A stretch of DNA of 63,717 bases, the filler included, from Pelomyxa schiedti (lineage: Eukaryota > Protista > Evosea), in NCBI GenBank assembly GCA_020536535.1. It is 10 parts of 10 records of this genome, joined end to end, with 100 filler letters (N's around TTAATTAATTAA, not from the genome) between each part and the next. Parts side by side here need not be neighbours in the genome. Positions count along the whole stretch, not along the records: positions 6,492 to 38,456 come from JAHLWZ010000298.1; 9 more parts are not named here. One strand, given 5' to 3'. How positions within the stretch are numbered: the first letter of the stretch is position 1; each line of letters opens with the position of its first letter. Of the stretch, positions 10,932 through 27,559 are shown piece after piece. Below the pieces are notes generated by a model, which searched no databases, was not told where the DNA came from, and saw nothing but the letters and a program-made list of their open reading frames with translations. Made by a program: the position numbers and the translations under genes.

Positions 10932-13900
10932 TTATAAGTTAAAGAAAGTCATAGTGTGTGAGGATGGTACCGGGTTTGGAGGGTTCTCCACTACATTGGT
11001 GGGTTCTTCTGTAGTGATTGCGTCGGGGATTGTTTGTTCTTCTTCAGTGTGGGTTTGAGGGAGCGGTTCTTCAGGGATGATTTGCTCTTGCTGCTCAGGG
11101 GCTGCTGGCTCCTGTGCATCATCACCAGTTGCTTGTGTTGGTTGCTCCGCTACTTCTTCTTGGACAGGGTCGGTAACCTGCTCTTGAGTTTCTTGGTTGG
11201 GTTGGTCCCCTTGTTCTTCCTGTGGTTGGGCTTCTTGGTTAAGCTGGGAGCCCGCATTTTCTTCCTCCGCACTTTCTCCTCCAACTGCCGTTTTTCTGTG
11301 AACAATTATTTTAACCAGTTGAAATGGGAATAAACCGAATGAGTCTCTTCTTTCGTTTTGGTGAAGCCTTGTCACTGCCTCCCTCCTCACCTCTTTCAGC
11401 TTCCTTCTTCTTCCTTTCACTTCTTTTTTCTGATTTGCGTCTTTTCTTCTTTTCTGGCTTTGTTAGGTCATTTGCAACAGCACTATCCTCCTCAGGGTTT
11501 AGATTCTTCTTTCGTTTACGTGAATGATGCCGTTTGCTAGGCGAAGTGGGAGTTGGTGGTGTTGTTGTTGTGACATCCTCACCAACCACAGTTTCAATAG
11601 CTTCCTCATTTTCTGCTGGTTGTGGGTTTTCTTCCTCCTGTTGAGGTGTTGCCTCTTCTTCATTACGTTGCTTTTTACGTTTTCGGGACTCCCTGCGCTT
11701 TCTAGGTTTTCGAGATTCATCTTCCTTTGGTTTCGTTAGAGTTGCCTTGCCCAAAAAAAAAAAAAAAAAAAAAAACAAGCCTCATTTCCAGAGTCACCTC
11801 TATCTGGCTTCTCTCTTGTTTCTTTCTTCTTTGGAGATGTGAGAAGAGAAGATGTAGAGGAAAAGAAGGTACGTACAGGAAGTTTCCAAGATCTGGCAAC
11901 ATCTGACTGACGCTGCATATCTTCAATAGCAGCTCGTTCTTCAATGGCCCTTTGCTCTCTCTCTTTTTGGATCCGTTGCTCCTATTTTCGTAAGTAACCG
12001 AAAGAAAATGAATTAGACAACTTGTGCAATACGTTTTTGCTCTTCAGTTTGCTTCATAGCCTCTCGCTGTTGCTGCTTTCTCTCGTTCTCAGCAAGTTCG
12101 TCCTGAGTATAATGAGATGCAAAATACCCAAAAAGACAAGATACTTTTTCAGCAGCTGTAAGGAAGCTACGTCCCTTTATAATAAGAGGGCCACACGTTT
12201 CTGCATACTGTGGGTTTCGTAAATTGATTCAGTTGTATAAATTGGCACAATGTACCGACGCAGCTCTTATGGGGTCATGCCTAAACTTCAGAGATACAGG
12301 TTTGACTTTGGATAACCACGTAAATATTGATTGTGCAGATTTCAAGTCATTGATAATCTTTTACTGCAATCAATCACTGAAAATATGCATCGTCGAAACG
12401 AAACCTGCCTAAGAGCTGTTGAAGACTTGGTATGCGCTAAAGAAACACAGGCATATTCTCTGAGGGCCAAGGCGAGGTTAAACCTTTGTTTATGTTGGAG
12501 TTTGTATGCACAAAACGCAAACCATAGGGAGTGGTTGTGTGGAGCTAAGTGCACCACTGACTGCAGCATCTTGATACAACTGTCGAGTTTACCAGCATGG
12601 AAATAAGCCTATAGAGTGGTCAAATCAGTAATATTGTAAACTGTGTACCTTTGCAAGGAACATGCTTAGCTGAACATCCTTAAGACCAAAAAACTTCTGG
12701 ATACAATGCTGGTATCTCCACAGAAAGTTAGATACTTGAATTCCTGCAAATAAAAGAGTACAGTGCAATGGCATGGACAAACTCATGTCTGAGCATGTAA
12801 ATGTGTGCCATGTTAAGTGATACATCTGGTAAGTCAGGACAAGCATCGCGGACCTTGACTAACATAAGATTCGTCACAATGACATAGATACCTGAGTGAA
12901 AATATCCATGGCTAGTTGTAGGTTTCCTTTTTCAGCTGCAATAATGCCCAGGCCATTTGCGGCATAAGGGTTTGTGGTGTTGTGCTTCAAAACTGACCAA
13001 TAAAAATCCATTGCTATCTTAAGGTAACTGCCAATAATTAGCAATAATTATTTATCGTAAATACTGACTGGTGGGATTTTTCTGCTTTTTCAGATTTGGC
13101 AGCATAGTAGATATATGCAAGAGCAAGATAGGAATATGGGTCTCTTGCTGTTGCAGATTGTTGAATAATCCGTTCAAACTTCTTCTGTGCGGGTCTCCAT
13201 TCGTTCTTTTCAAGATGCAAACTAAAATTGTTGTGAAATTGTAAACACCATACAAAACAAATACCACCCAAGAAGTGTCCACGCATCAGGGTGGCTCGTA
13301 TTAGAGGTAAAGCACTCTTTGAACCATTCAGCAGCCTCTCCAAATTTGCCACGTTCTCTACTCATTAAGCCGAGACGTAAATAACAGTCAACATAATTTG
13401 GGTGTTCTTTGAGGATTCCCTATAGAGTGTGAGTTTTGATAAGAAACGTCCCGTACTTTGTACAGATTCTCTGCCTCAGCAAATTCGAATTTCGTCTCGT
13501 ACAACCGTGCCAAGTTATAGGTTACTGTAACATTACACGCCTATCACCTTTAATACAACTTAAAGCAGGTGTACGTAGAAACCTTATACTGGTCTATAGT
13601 GCATCCAGTTGCAGCAATAGATCTAAGGTACCATTTTTGTGCCTTATCAAGTTTGCTTGACTGATGGTACAGCACACCAACATTATTGCACAATTCAGCT
13701 GGCAACTTGCGACCAGCACGCTTTAGCAACCCCACAGCATGTCTATATGCTTGAGCAGCGCGTTCTGGTTCAGATATATTTAAGATATTCCCGAGTTCTT
13801 GCCAAGATTGATCATCCTCTGGATGTGTCTCTAGGAGGAAAATTACCCAAGTACGCGCTCTGAGTCGAACCCACCTGTGACACGCTGTAGATGGAACACT

Positions 13901-15596
13901 GCCTCATCCTTCTTTCCATCGAGATTGTAGAGAAAACCGAGAATCTACAGATTGTTTTGTTGAGTTGCTTCCTAATAATCTCTACCTTATGTGTTTCATA
14001 GTTATCTGGCACAAGGTTAAGAACTTTTTGAAAGCACTCTATTGCTTTGTCTCGGTGTCCTGTTAGCTGTAAATATCCTGTGAAAAAGTAGTAACAAAGT
14101 AACCTCTTTGTATCCACATTTGACCAAGACCAAACCAAGGTAAGGGATAGTTAGGGTTCTTGTGAGAGGCATATGTGTACGACTGGAAGGCAGTGTCCCA
14201 CTGTTCTGTAACATGATAGACACGCCCCATCACGTAGTAGCTTTCTGCTTGCACCTGATGTCGTAAAAAAAAATGTGGTGTAAAACGCACGTACTTGATC
14301 TGCGGCATTATGTTGACTCAGAGCCGTTTGAGCAAATTTAAGGGCTTTATCCATTTCTTTTTTGAAGAAAAAGTGATCAGCAAGGTGGTTCAAGACAACA
14401 GGGTGAGCGGCACTAACACATAAGCAAACGTGACTTCTTTGAATGGGAGAGTTTCTACTTACTCAAACTGATAAGCAGTGGCCATAAGCTTTCCTGCTCC
14501 TTGCATATTTCCTTCATTATGATCCAAAATGGCCTTCCCAACCAATGCATCTACATTGGTTGGATCCAATTGAAGTGCACGCTCAAGTGCACGTTTGGTT
14601 AGTGAAAGACTCGTCCCAGGGGTCCGGTGAGTGGTACCACTGCCAGAGGAATTGTGAAGTTGGTTATGGCACATGGCTACACCAACTCTTACAGAAGGGG
14701 CGCAGGCCCGAGAGTTCGTGCGGAGGGCATGTGTGTAGTGTTTTAGGGCATCATCGTAACGGTGTTGATTGAATGCTATGCACGCTTGTCCCAGAAGGGC
14801 AGCAGTGTTGTGGGGATCTCGCTCCAACACATTTCGGAACTCGCCCCTCATTTTAGTTAGGTTACATAGCGAGAGTTTCTGTACACTACCCAGCTTGAAC
14901 CAAGTCACCTTGTGAGAGTACCATAACACCTTTTCCAAGCCAAGTTGAAGGTTCCATGTACGATATACGATCTGATCTAGGGTAATACTGAGATACCTTA
15001 ATGCATTGAGGGAATGGATGCACCTATTGTAACAGTCTGTGGCAAGTTTATATTTCTTATCCTTTCGTTTTTGGTCACGCTCTTTTGACGCAATCAACAC
15101 ATAGTGTTCTGCTAGAGTATTGAGTATAGATATTTTGTCAGATGGTTTTTCGTCTCTGGTTTCCTAGTGTTAAGAAGGAACTGCATGATAAGATGACCTG
15201 AATTGAACATCAAGCATTGCAGGATTAGCTGCTGCCTTGAGAATTTTGGTAAAGTTTTTGGAATTTCCTCTATTTCTGCATTCTAGTGCCACGACTCTCC
15301 AAACTGAGAGTGGGGGAGTTTCGGTTTTAAGTATGTCCAACAGTTCATCTACCTGTTTTTTTTTTTGTTTAATGAGGGAAAGGGAAAAGCCGAGAACAGT
15401 AAACAGTCAGTAGTAACTCACATTTTCTAGATCTTTGGATTGTAGCTGCAAGGCCGTGAGAAAAATACTGTTCGGTAGGGGGAGGGGAAAAAAAAACAGT
15501 AGAGCGCACTTGTAAAGGAGGACCAGATTGAAGCGGTATCGTGACAACTACCCCACTGCTCTCTTCTGTTGTCGCATCCACGGACTTGCGTGACAT
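10932..15596 (-). CDS. CTR9: RNA polymerase II-associated PAF1 complex TPR subunit CTR9
   Basis: [81 protein letters not shown] and a charged low-complexity C-terminal tail. Confidence 0.9.
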
Positions 15597-15842
15597 CCCA
15601 CCAACGAATACGACTTCGTTTGGGTTCTGAAGATCAACAAATTTGATGGACAAGAGATCCTTAAGAAGATCTCCCCAGAAGAAACCTACTTGCCTCGATC
15701 CTCGATCAACCCCCTGCACTCACTCTACCCCTTTTCGAAAAGAGTTGTCTCCGGACACTTGCCTTGAATTGGGTTTCTGGGTAGAGATCCCTCCGAGATA
15801 TCAGATATTCGCAATCGTATTCCACACAATTTCGTACGAGCG

Positions 15843-18800
15843 ATGTCACAGAGCGCGGATGGCACTGGGTCGCGAGATCGAAGCTCAGCGGTGCAGACTC
15901 TTTTTTTCAGTCACACTGTATGGAACGTGGTAGTACCCAAGTACTTGCCACTTCAATTGTACGTGCTTTTTTTTTTTTTTCCCCTCTCCCTTCACTATGC
16001 ATGCCTAACTAACACAAATGTTTTATTTTTTATTATTTTTTATTTTTTTTATTTTGTTTGGACTAGAAACTTGAAGGATGTTGTTAGCTTGGCCGACGTG
16101 CTATTCCCACTGTATGAATGTAGACAGTCTTGATAATATTTTCTATTTTGATATAGCGACTATGACACCTATTTCTATTTATTTACGCAAAACTCTAGGG
16201 TGAGTCTCGTTGGAGCCGCCACAGTCCGCATTCTCAAGTCACCTTTGATGGCATTTGAGCTGTCTGCGCAACAGCATTCTTTGAGGGTTGTAAAGTGGAT
16301 TTATGCACACCACAGGCTCAGTTCAAATAAAGTGAGAGAGGGGGGAGCCTTAGACAGCTTGTGTGAGTCTGGGAATACTGACATAGTTCAATGGCTGGTG
16401 AATACTTTTGGAGTCACTGCCTATGACGTGCGCATGCGGGATTGCAGTGCACTTATTTGCGCTTGCAAGTCTGGGAGCATCAATGTTGCTCGTTGGCTGT
16501 GCGATAACTTCCTTTTGAGTGTAGAGGATGTGAGGGCAACTAAATGTGCCGCACTGTGGGAGAGTTGTGCAGCCGGCCACTTGGAGGTGTCCAAGTGGGT
16601 AGTTGATAAGTTTTCGCTAATAGCCACTGATTTACTGGAAGACGCAAAGAATTACAGTAACAGAGCCTTGCAGCTCTGCTGTGAAAAGGGACATACTAGT
16701 GTTGCTCAATGGCTTTCTGAAAAATTCTCCTTGACTGCACGTGATGCGCGTTCGAATAGTAACTTTGCTCTCAATACCAGTGCGACAAACGGGCACACTG
16801 GTACAGTTTCTTGGCTTGTCGAGCACTTCTCGCTGGGAATGAGTGACATGAATACCAATACCCTCCATAATATATGTGTCAATGGCCACTTTGATACAGC
16901 CAAGTGGATTGCCCATGCATTCAATCTTGGCCCACAACATGCGCACCTGGTTGACAGTACACTTAGTGTTGTTTGCTCCCGCGGTGACTTTGAGATGGCA
17001 AAGTGGCTAGTAGAACAGTTCGGATTAGCAAATCAAGAAAACAGCAATTCCACTAACCTGATGATCAAGATGCGCGCACAAGCTATGCAGAAGATTGTAC
17101 TGCAAATAGTCTGTAAAAGTGGCAGGTTGGATATGGCCAAGTGGTATTCCGATACGTTTTCTCTTTCCAGAGACCTTGATGTTTCTGTTGCATTAAACTT
17201 CAGCTGTGAGAGGGGAGACACGGAGATGGTTCAGTGGCTGGTATCACGTTTTGCCATTACCAACCCAGCAGCATTTTCTGCTATGCTTTATGCTTGTGGC
17301 TCAGGCCATCTTGACATTGGACGTTTCTTATATGAGCAGTTTTCATTGGTTGCTGCTGAAGGAGGAGATGGAGGGGAATACCAGTTGGGTGAAACTTTCA
17401 GATTATGTGTTATGTGCAGTCATACTTCTGTTGCTCAATGGATCAGTGATAGATTCGATATTAAGAAAGACTTGGCGGTGAGTTCATTGCCTGGGGATTT
17501 TCTAACTGCCAAGTGGCTCGTTGGCCAATATAGCCTGAAGAAGGATGATTTCCCTCATTATCTAGTTACTGATTTGTGCTGCAAAAATGATGACCCAGAA
17601 GTTGTCAAGTGGTTCGCTTCAGAGTCATTTATTATTAGTAGTGACAAAGCAAGAGTTAGTGAAATTATGAACGGAGCCATATCTGCAGGCCACATCCGCG
17701 TTGCAAGTACCCTTGTTCAACTTGGTCTTGTGCAACTTACACCAGAAGTTCTCCAGCAATCTCTTGTCTTGTGTTGCAATAACAACCAAATCAACACAGC
17801 AAAGTGGCTACTCGCTGATAAAAATGTCAACGATATGTGTTCTAACAAAGCCGCAAGGGAGATAGTATGCAGTGCAGTTTTAGTAGCCTGCGGAAAGGGT
17901 TTTCTTCGACTAGCGGAATTGCTTGCAAATAGACTAGAACTTAATCACAGTGATCTTGACACCCTAGACACTACTAACGCTGGGGAAGGGAGATCAGCTT
18001 TAGACAAAGCACTTGAATATGGGAGATTTGACTGCGCGAAGTGGATTGCTGATCGCTTTTTCTCAAAAGAGAGTGATGCACCAGCCCCGCACCAAGTCGA
18101 ATGTACAACTACATCCCCAGTGGAAGGTAAATCCACTACAGAGTCAACACCAACACCAACACCAACAACTCCAACACCAGCAACTCCGACTACAAATGTA
18201 ACCCAGGATCCCACTCCATCGACATTAGTACCGGCTTTTGCAGCATTAGAATCAGCATCTTCGCCCCCATCATCCCTGCCACCCTTCTCACCCCTCGACC
18301 CCGACACCGACCCCAAGTCCGGCAGCTTCTCCTTCACATTCACAGCACCCCCGCTGCGTACAATCTCGTCTCCCTCCATTCAGCTTCCGCTTCCGCTTCC
18401 GCTCCCGGCTCCGATTCCCGTGCCGCCTCCGCGGCCGCCGCAAAGCACCGGCGCGCTGATCATTGCCCGCGCCGTGGCTGGGGCCTGTGAGCGCGGCGAC
18501 ATGGCTGCGCTAAAGTGGCTGGCTTCGGAGTTTGGAATCCCCAAGTGCATGGAGCATCAGCTCAGCTCTTTCTCTGTGCCCCTGTTACAATGTTGCAGGT
18601 AGAATTCCCTACTACAACAACCTAACGGTTCCTTTTTGCAATCCTCCCCCTTTCATCACCCACATGCATTGCACACGAGGCTACATTACCTGTTACAAAC
18701 ACAAACTCACAAACGAAAACAAATAATAGGGGTGGGGACACTGAATTTGTGAGCTGGTTGGTTTCTACATTCTCACTGAGTAGGGAGAGTGTTACAAGCA

Positions 18801-19222
18801 ACAACAACAAGGCACTGAGACTGTGCTGCATACATGGACACCTGGCTACGGCTCAGTGGCTGGTCTCCACGTTCCACCTCACGCGTGAAGACGCAGTAGC
18901 CTATAACAACGAGGCATTTGTGCTCAGTTGCATTCAGGGTCACTTGGAGGTAGCCCAGTGGCTGGCAGATACCTTCAAGTTGACTTCTGAGGATGCAGCC
19001 AGCATGGGTGGTCAGGCAGTGAGGGAGAGCGTTGGGGGTGTGAAACAGTGGCTGAAAGATAGGTTTGGGCTGTCTGAATCCTCATTGCTACAGACGAAGA
19101 CGAAGACGAAGACAAAGACAAAGACAAAGAATGATGCATCAGTTCCTCCTGCTCCACCTACTGTTAGTCCTCCTCTTTCGGACATATCCTGGGCTACAGT
19201 GGAAGGAGGGGGGTTCTGGTAA
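15843..19222 (+). CDS. Ankyrin-like repeat protein of an expanded family
   Basis: Repeats of aC..Gh..va.WL...F.l in ORFs 16200-18602 and 18749-19222. 5' exons MSQSADG...SHTVWNVVV and DVVSLADVLFPL resemble the N-termini at 59278 and 61667. Confidence 0.82.
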
Positions 19223-19292
19223 TTAAGAGAAGTACCCTTCAATTACTTGAAGTCTTCTTTTTTCCTTGTTTTGGAACGGATAGCTGTTTGTT

Positions 19293-21220
19293 TTAGTCAA
19301 TTGCTGTGCGTTTCACATCTCGCTCTAGCAAAGGGGCATTGGTGTGTTTTTGCTTGAGATTCCGCAAGTCGATGTAGCGTGTTTTGTCAACCATGACTCT
19401 TTCTATGGTGTCCTTGCCAGATGTATTGTATGCAGCCTCAATCTTAGTGCTGATTTTGGGGTCATATCTTGGGGGAAAATTGTTAGATCCATTTTCCTGA
19501 AGAGTACGATAGTACGGTATCCAAGTCTCGGGGTCATCAGAGCGCCAAGACCAGACAATTTTTGACGTCGTGGCTTTACTATGGTGAGCACAGCTTTTCA
19601 AACAAATCTCATACCTGTAGGCTTCGGAATTTGCAGAGTTTTCCTAGGGGGCTCACGTGGTATTTCATCTTAGAGTAGTGAGAACAAACTGCGAACTAGA
19701 CGGGGCCAACCAATAGCCTGCTGTTGGTCATGCTGTTCATCCACAGGCGGCCTCTTTCTCGGAATTGGTTCGTCAATCTGCGCAGACCCGTAGGCAGTAG
19801 TTGATGTTGTTGAAGTTGTGACTGATGTAACTGGCTTTGGCGCCTCAAGTGCCACTATGAAAGGGGAGATCTCTACCACCCGATTTGAAGCAATGCACTT
19901 GTCGATGAAGGCCGGTGACACAATTTTTGATCCACCACGTGAGGCTGTCTGTGAGACTTAAGTTATGGAACTAAAAATATGGCAGATACTCTGAGAAGAG
20001 CAGTATGCTTATATGAAGATGATGGCTCTACTAAAACATAGGAGACCTTTTTAATGTGAACAAAATAAGATAGATGAAAAAAATGTCACACAGAAGGTTT
20101 CCAATCCCTAAATAAACTTCCTCCCCTTGACTCAATACTGGTAATTAGTGCCCTTGGGGCCTCACCGGGATAGTGGAAAGCCAGGCCAGAAAAAATTTTG
20201 TCTACCACAACCGAAGAGGTGGAGCGCTGGGCACTGGTTGGAACTGCTGTCACTTCACGTTTGACTTTACGCTGCTTTGAAGGGTCGTCAATTCTTCGTT
20301 GGACACTTTCTACTAAGTCAACAAAGCGCTCTGAATCTATGTCCACCTAGAACAGGGGGAAAAAATGTAAGAAACATGTAATGTTGGAAACATTACCTTT
20401 TTTTCATCAGCTAGAAAGCCTGATTCAATTATATCACTTTGTTCATCTGAATAAATCTTCCATCCGTCATCTGATAACCAATACCAGTTGGCTGAAAAGC
20501 AAGGTCAGATTTGGTTTGCCTACGGGCTCAAACCTTTTTCTGTATCAGGCATTTGAACGGTAGAGTGATTAGGCGGTGCCGCACAGGAGGATAGGGCACT
20601 TGGAGTTTGTTGGAATCCTTGGTTACCACCTGTTTGTTTATTGGCCGGTGTCACTGACGTAGAAGATAGTGGGGGAGCTGATTTGTACGCGGTCTTCTAC
20701 TGGGTCACTTTAAGATTAAGAAGTAGAAATCATGGATTACCTCTGGGGCTTTAGTGATCTTAAATGGGTAAGAACCGTCACAGAGTAAACAAAGTCTGTC
20801 ATCTTGAAAAAAAAAAAAAAAAAAAAAACAGTTCGTATTTGCATCACAGAGGCAAAAACAAGAGGGTCCACTCACCAATTTCAAGTGTGGCCTCCTTGCC
20901 TTTCGCAAGAACAGTGAAATCCCCATTAGGCTTGGTGTACGACGAAGGGTTGACTCCCAACTTTAAAACACAGTTATGTTTTTTGTATTGCTAACAAAGA
21001 GGCACTTACTACTTTCAAGGATAACTTTCCATTAGGCAACACGTTAATGGACACCTAAAACAGTGAGCAGTCACTACTCCCTTTTGATGGGTGGTACCTG
21101 CTTGCGAGAGCACCTCTTGTCCGTTATATTTGGTAGTGAAGATCTTCCTATGAACGTTGCGGCATCACCACCACGCAGGGGAATGATGTCAGACGGTGAC
21201 ACCTCCGAAACGAGTTGCAT
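19293..21220 (-). CDS. FHA-WWE-BRCT-WWE domain protein (putative DNA-repair/PAR-binding scaffold)
   Basis: IGRSSLPNITDKRCSRKQ and LCDGSYPF (APLF/PNKP-type FHA); NWYWLSDDGWKIYSDEQSDIIE...RFVDL (WWE1); IFSGLAFHY...IESRGG and FIDKCI (BRCT); VWSWRSDD...ISTKIEAAY...RYIDL (WWE2). An extra 5' exon is possible. Confidence 0.72.
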
Positions 21221-21396
21221 CTCCTAAAATACGAACGACGTATCTGATAGCAGAATATTTTTTTTCCTTTTCCTTGGGGATTTGGCCTGAAGACTCAATC
21301 CAACTGGATGTACTTTCACACAATGTTGTACCCTTGTAGAGCCAGAACTGCAGAGTTCAACATCACCAGTCGATTGCCTTCACAATCACCAGAAAA

Positions 21397-24500
<3,104 letters not shown>

Positions 24501-24595
24501 GCAAATTCAGGGTGCCCAAAATAGTGAAAAAGTTGTTTTTTGCTCTTCCTTTTTACACATTTGTGACTTAAGGTTTACACTCTTCTTTGAGAGGT

Positions 24596-25343
24596 CTATG
24601 GGTCATGTGGAGGTGTAGGAGTGTTAGGATCAGGGATGATTTGTTGTTGCTTGCTTTGCGCGTCGCCTTGTACATCATAGGATACAGGGGCACCGTATTG
24701 GGGTGGAGGCATTCCGTAGAATGACGGCGGCGCTGGTGCTAGGAATGGGTCTGCGGTGTACGGCGGCTGTGCAGCGTAGACAGGTTGTGGAGCGTACATC
24801 GGTTGTTGCATGGCATATGCAGGAGGCGGATATGGAGCGTATGGTGGGGGGTAACTGTATGTTGGTGGCATGTCACTTGTAACGGTGACTTGCGTTGGTG
24901 GGGGCGTATCCTCTGGCTTCAGCAACGGAGTTGTGACTGCAGGTTGGGCAACTACATACACTGTAGGTGCGGTTTCCGGATGGCTGGCGTGATGGTGCTA
25001 AACGGTAATTGGTAGGTAAACTTAAAGTATATTCTATGATAAAGGGTGGGAAAAATAAACATACTCGGACTTGCAGCTTTGCGTTCTCTGTGGCCACCAT
25101 AGAACTCATAAGGCAGATATCTACACACTGTCCAATCCCGCAAACTCCACCCGTGATGAACCACAGCACACCTATTCCGCAACCGCGAGTTAACAAAAAC
25201 CATACACACGAAGAAGAAGAAAAAAAAAAAAAGTGGGGCAGTGTACCGCTGCCGGCGCGATTGAGGTAACAACGATGCAACCCACAACACCCACAAAACC
25301 CCAGTGCCCACAGGCCCCATGCCGTAGATTCTTTCTTCTCCAT
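24596..25343 (-). CDS. TM2-domain membrane protein with a Pro/Tyr-rich tail
   Basis: AWGLWALGFCGCCGLHRCYL...G|VLWFITGGVCGIGQCVD matches the TM2 pattern. The last exon is rich in YPPP repeats. Confidence 0.75.
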
Positions 25344-25558
25344 CTCCGTATATTATCGCCTGTTGGGCAGTTACACGATCCACCTTTTTTTTAAAGAAAG
25401 TAATTTTTTCCCCAGACATTCTGGTGAGCTGTCATGTCACTTCCAATTGTCCCGAATCTAGGGGCGAGGTGGCGCTCTCAGAGATCCACGTTGAAGGCTT
25501 TCATTGGCCAGTGGCCCGAGTAGAAAGAGATAACTCATGAACAGATCCTTAAATTTCA

Positions 25559-27418
25559 TTGCAATTAAACAAAGCAGCGAAGGTGGCGTGCTGGGGAGTA
25601 AGCGGATCTGGGGAGTCGAGCGTGCGGCGCCGTCTGTGGTGGAAACAGACTACAAACGCATCTACGTCTACGGCGACGGCGCCGTCGTACGACACTGACG
25701 GGGGTGAAGTCGATAATGACGAAGAGGAGCGCATCGCGTGGAATTTGGACCAACTCCCTAAATTCAAGGTCGGCACTTTGTTCGCGATTTGGAGATGCGA
25801 AGCTAAATTTAACCATGAATAACATATGAAACGCATGAACAGCATTAGAGTTTTACCACACTGTAAAAGTTGGTACTAAACCCAAATACAGAAGGAGTTT
25901 TACAGAGAAAACCCAAACGTTACAGCCATGAAAGATGTTGCTGTGGAGAGGTACCGTTCATCTTATAACATGACTCTCTCTGGAAAATTACCTTGGCCAA
26001 AGCCAGTTCTCTCTTTCTCCGACGTCGGGTTCCCGCCAGCAATTTCCAATGAACTATGCAGGGGTGGCTTCAGGGAGCCCACTCCGATACAAGCGCAAGC
26101 TTGGCCCTGCATTCTGAGTGGCCGAGACGTCGTTGCTTGTGCTGAAACAGGCTCAGGGAAGACTTTGGCATTTTTATTGCCTGGGATCACTCACGTAATG
26201 GCGCAAGGAGGAGCCACAACTGTAAGACCAGTAGTTTTAGTATTGGCGCCAACAAGAGAGCTGGTGTCACAGACCTATGAAATGGCAGTTAAGTTTGGCA
26301 CGCTCGTTGGAGTATCTTGTGCTTGTGTCTATGGTGGAGTGCCGAAACATAAGCAAGCAAATGACCTCAAAAGAGGCCCGCATATACTTGTGGCAGCACC
26401 AGGCAGACTTATTGACTTTCTGGAAGCTGGTGTTACAACAGTTGCTGGAGTAACTTTCCTAGTTCTAGATGAGGCTGACCACATGCTCGACCTAGGTTTT
26501 GGACCCCAGATACATGAAATTACACGGAAAATTAGGCCAGATCGGCAGACTGTCATGTGTACTGCAACATGGTTACAAGAAGTTGAAGACCTGGCAGAAA
26601 ATTACCTTACAAACTGCATACACATAAACATTGGGTCAGAAGGGTTGCGAGCATGTCACGACATTAAGCAGATAATTAAAGTGTGCTCTGAGGAAGAAAA
26701 GAAGCAAATACTGCTGGATTTATTGCATAGCATAGATATAAGGAACAGTAAAGTGCTTATCTTCAGTGACACAAAAAGAGTGGCTGAAGACTTGTGCACA
26801 TTCCTCTCCCAGCAGCACTTCCCGGCACTACTATTGCATGGTGACAAGCAGCAACAAGAGAGAGAATCAGCGTTCCAGGATTTTAAGAAAGGTGCAGCGC
26901 ACATCCTCGTAGCAACCGATGTTGCTGCACGCGGCTTGGATGTCAAAGGTATCACGCACGTAATCAACTTCGACTTCCCGCGTTATGTTGATGTCTATGT
27001 GCACCGGATAGGAAGAACCGGCCGCGCTGGAGTCAGTGGCGTTGCAGTGAGCTTCTTCACACGGGAAAATGCCCTCCTTGCCGGCGAGCTGATTTCCATT
27101 TTAAATGAAGCCGAGCAAGAAGTTCCACCTGCCCTGAAAGCTCTAATAAGGGGAACAGGTTCGTCCGCGGCAAGGAATTGGGCTGACCCCAGTGCTTGGA
27201 GCACCGGGACAACTTCCCCAACAACCGCTACCGCTGAAGTAACAAGTGAGCCCAATAGTGAAACCCCAGGGGCGTGGGAGGACCAAGTGGATAATCCATG
27301 GCTCTCTGACACAAAAACCAAGCGGGTTTCACCTCAAAACACCTTGCCAGCACCACACACAACGAAGCCCAAACCACCCACATTAAGTAAAAAACGCAAT
27401 AACCCAAAAAAATCTTGA
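25559..27418 (+). CDS. DBP2: DEAD-box RNA helicase, DDX5/Dbp2-like (start codon uncertain)
   Basis: WNLDQLPKFK|KEFYRENP, PTPIQAQAWP, AETGSGKT, PTREL, LDEADHMLDLGF, TAT in place of SAT, ARGLD, HRIGRTGRAG. Confidence 0.85.
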
Positions 27419-27559
27419 CAACAAGAAAGAAATTTTTAATAAACAAAATTGTGATGTGGAAAAGGAAATTGGGAATTCACAAGGCCACACTTGTTGCTGT
27501 AAGTGAGGACCACACACCCAAGATTTCCCTTCGTAGGTTTCCGGCACTGAGAGAACTTA

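Noticed and set aside
11740-11785. GC-AG intron in the CTR9 tail
   Set aside because: Plausible, but the adjacent long homopolymer makes the frame ambiguous without cDNA.
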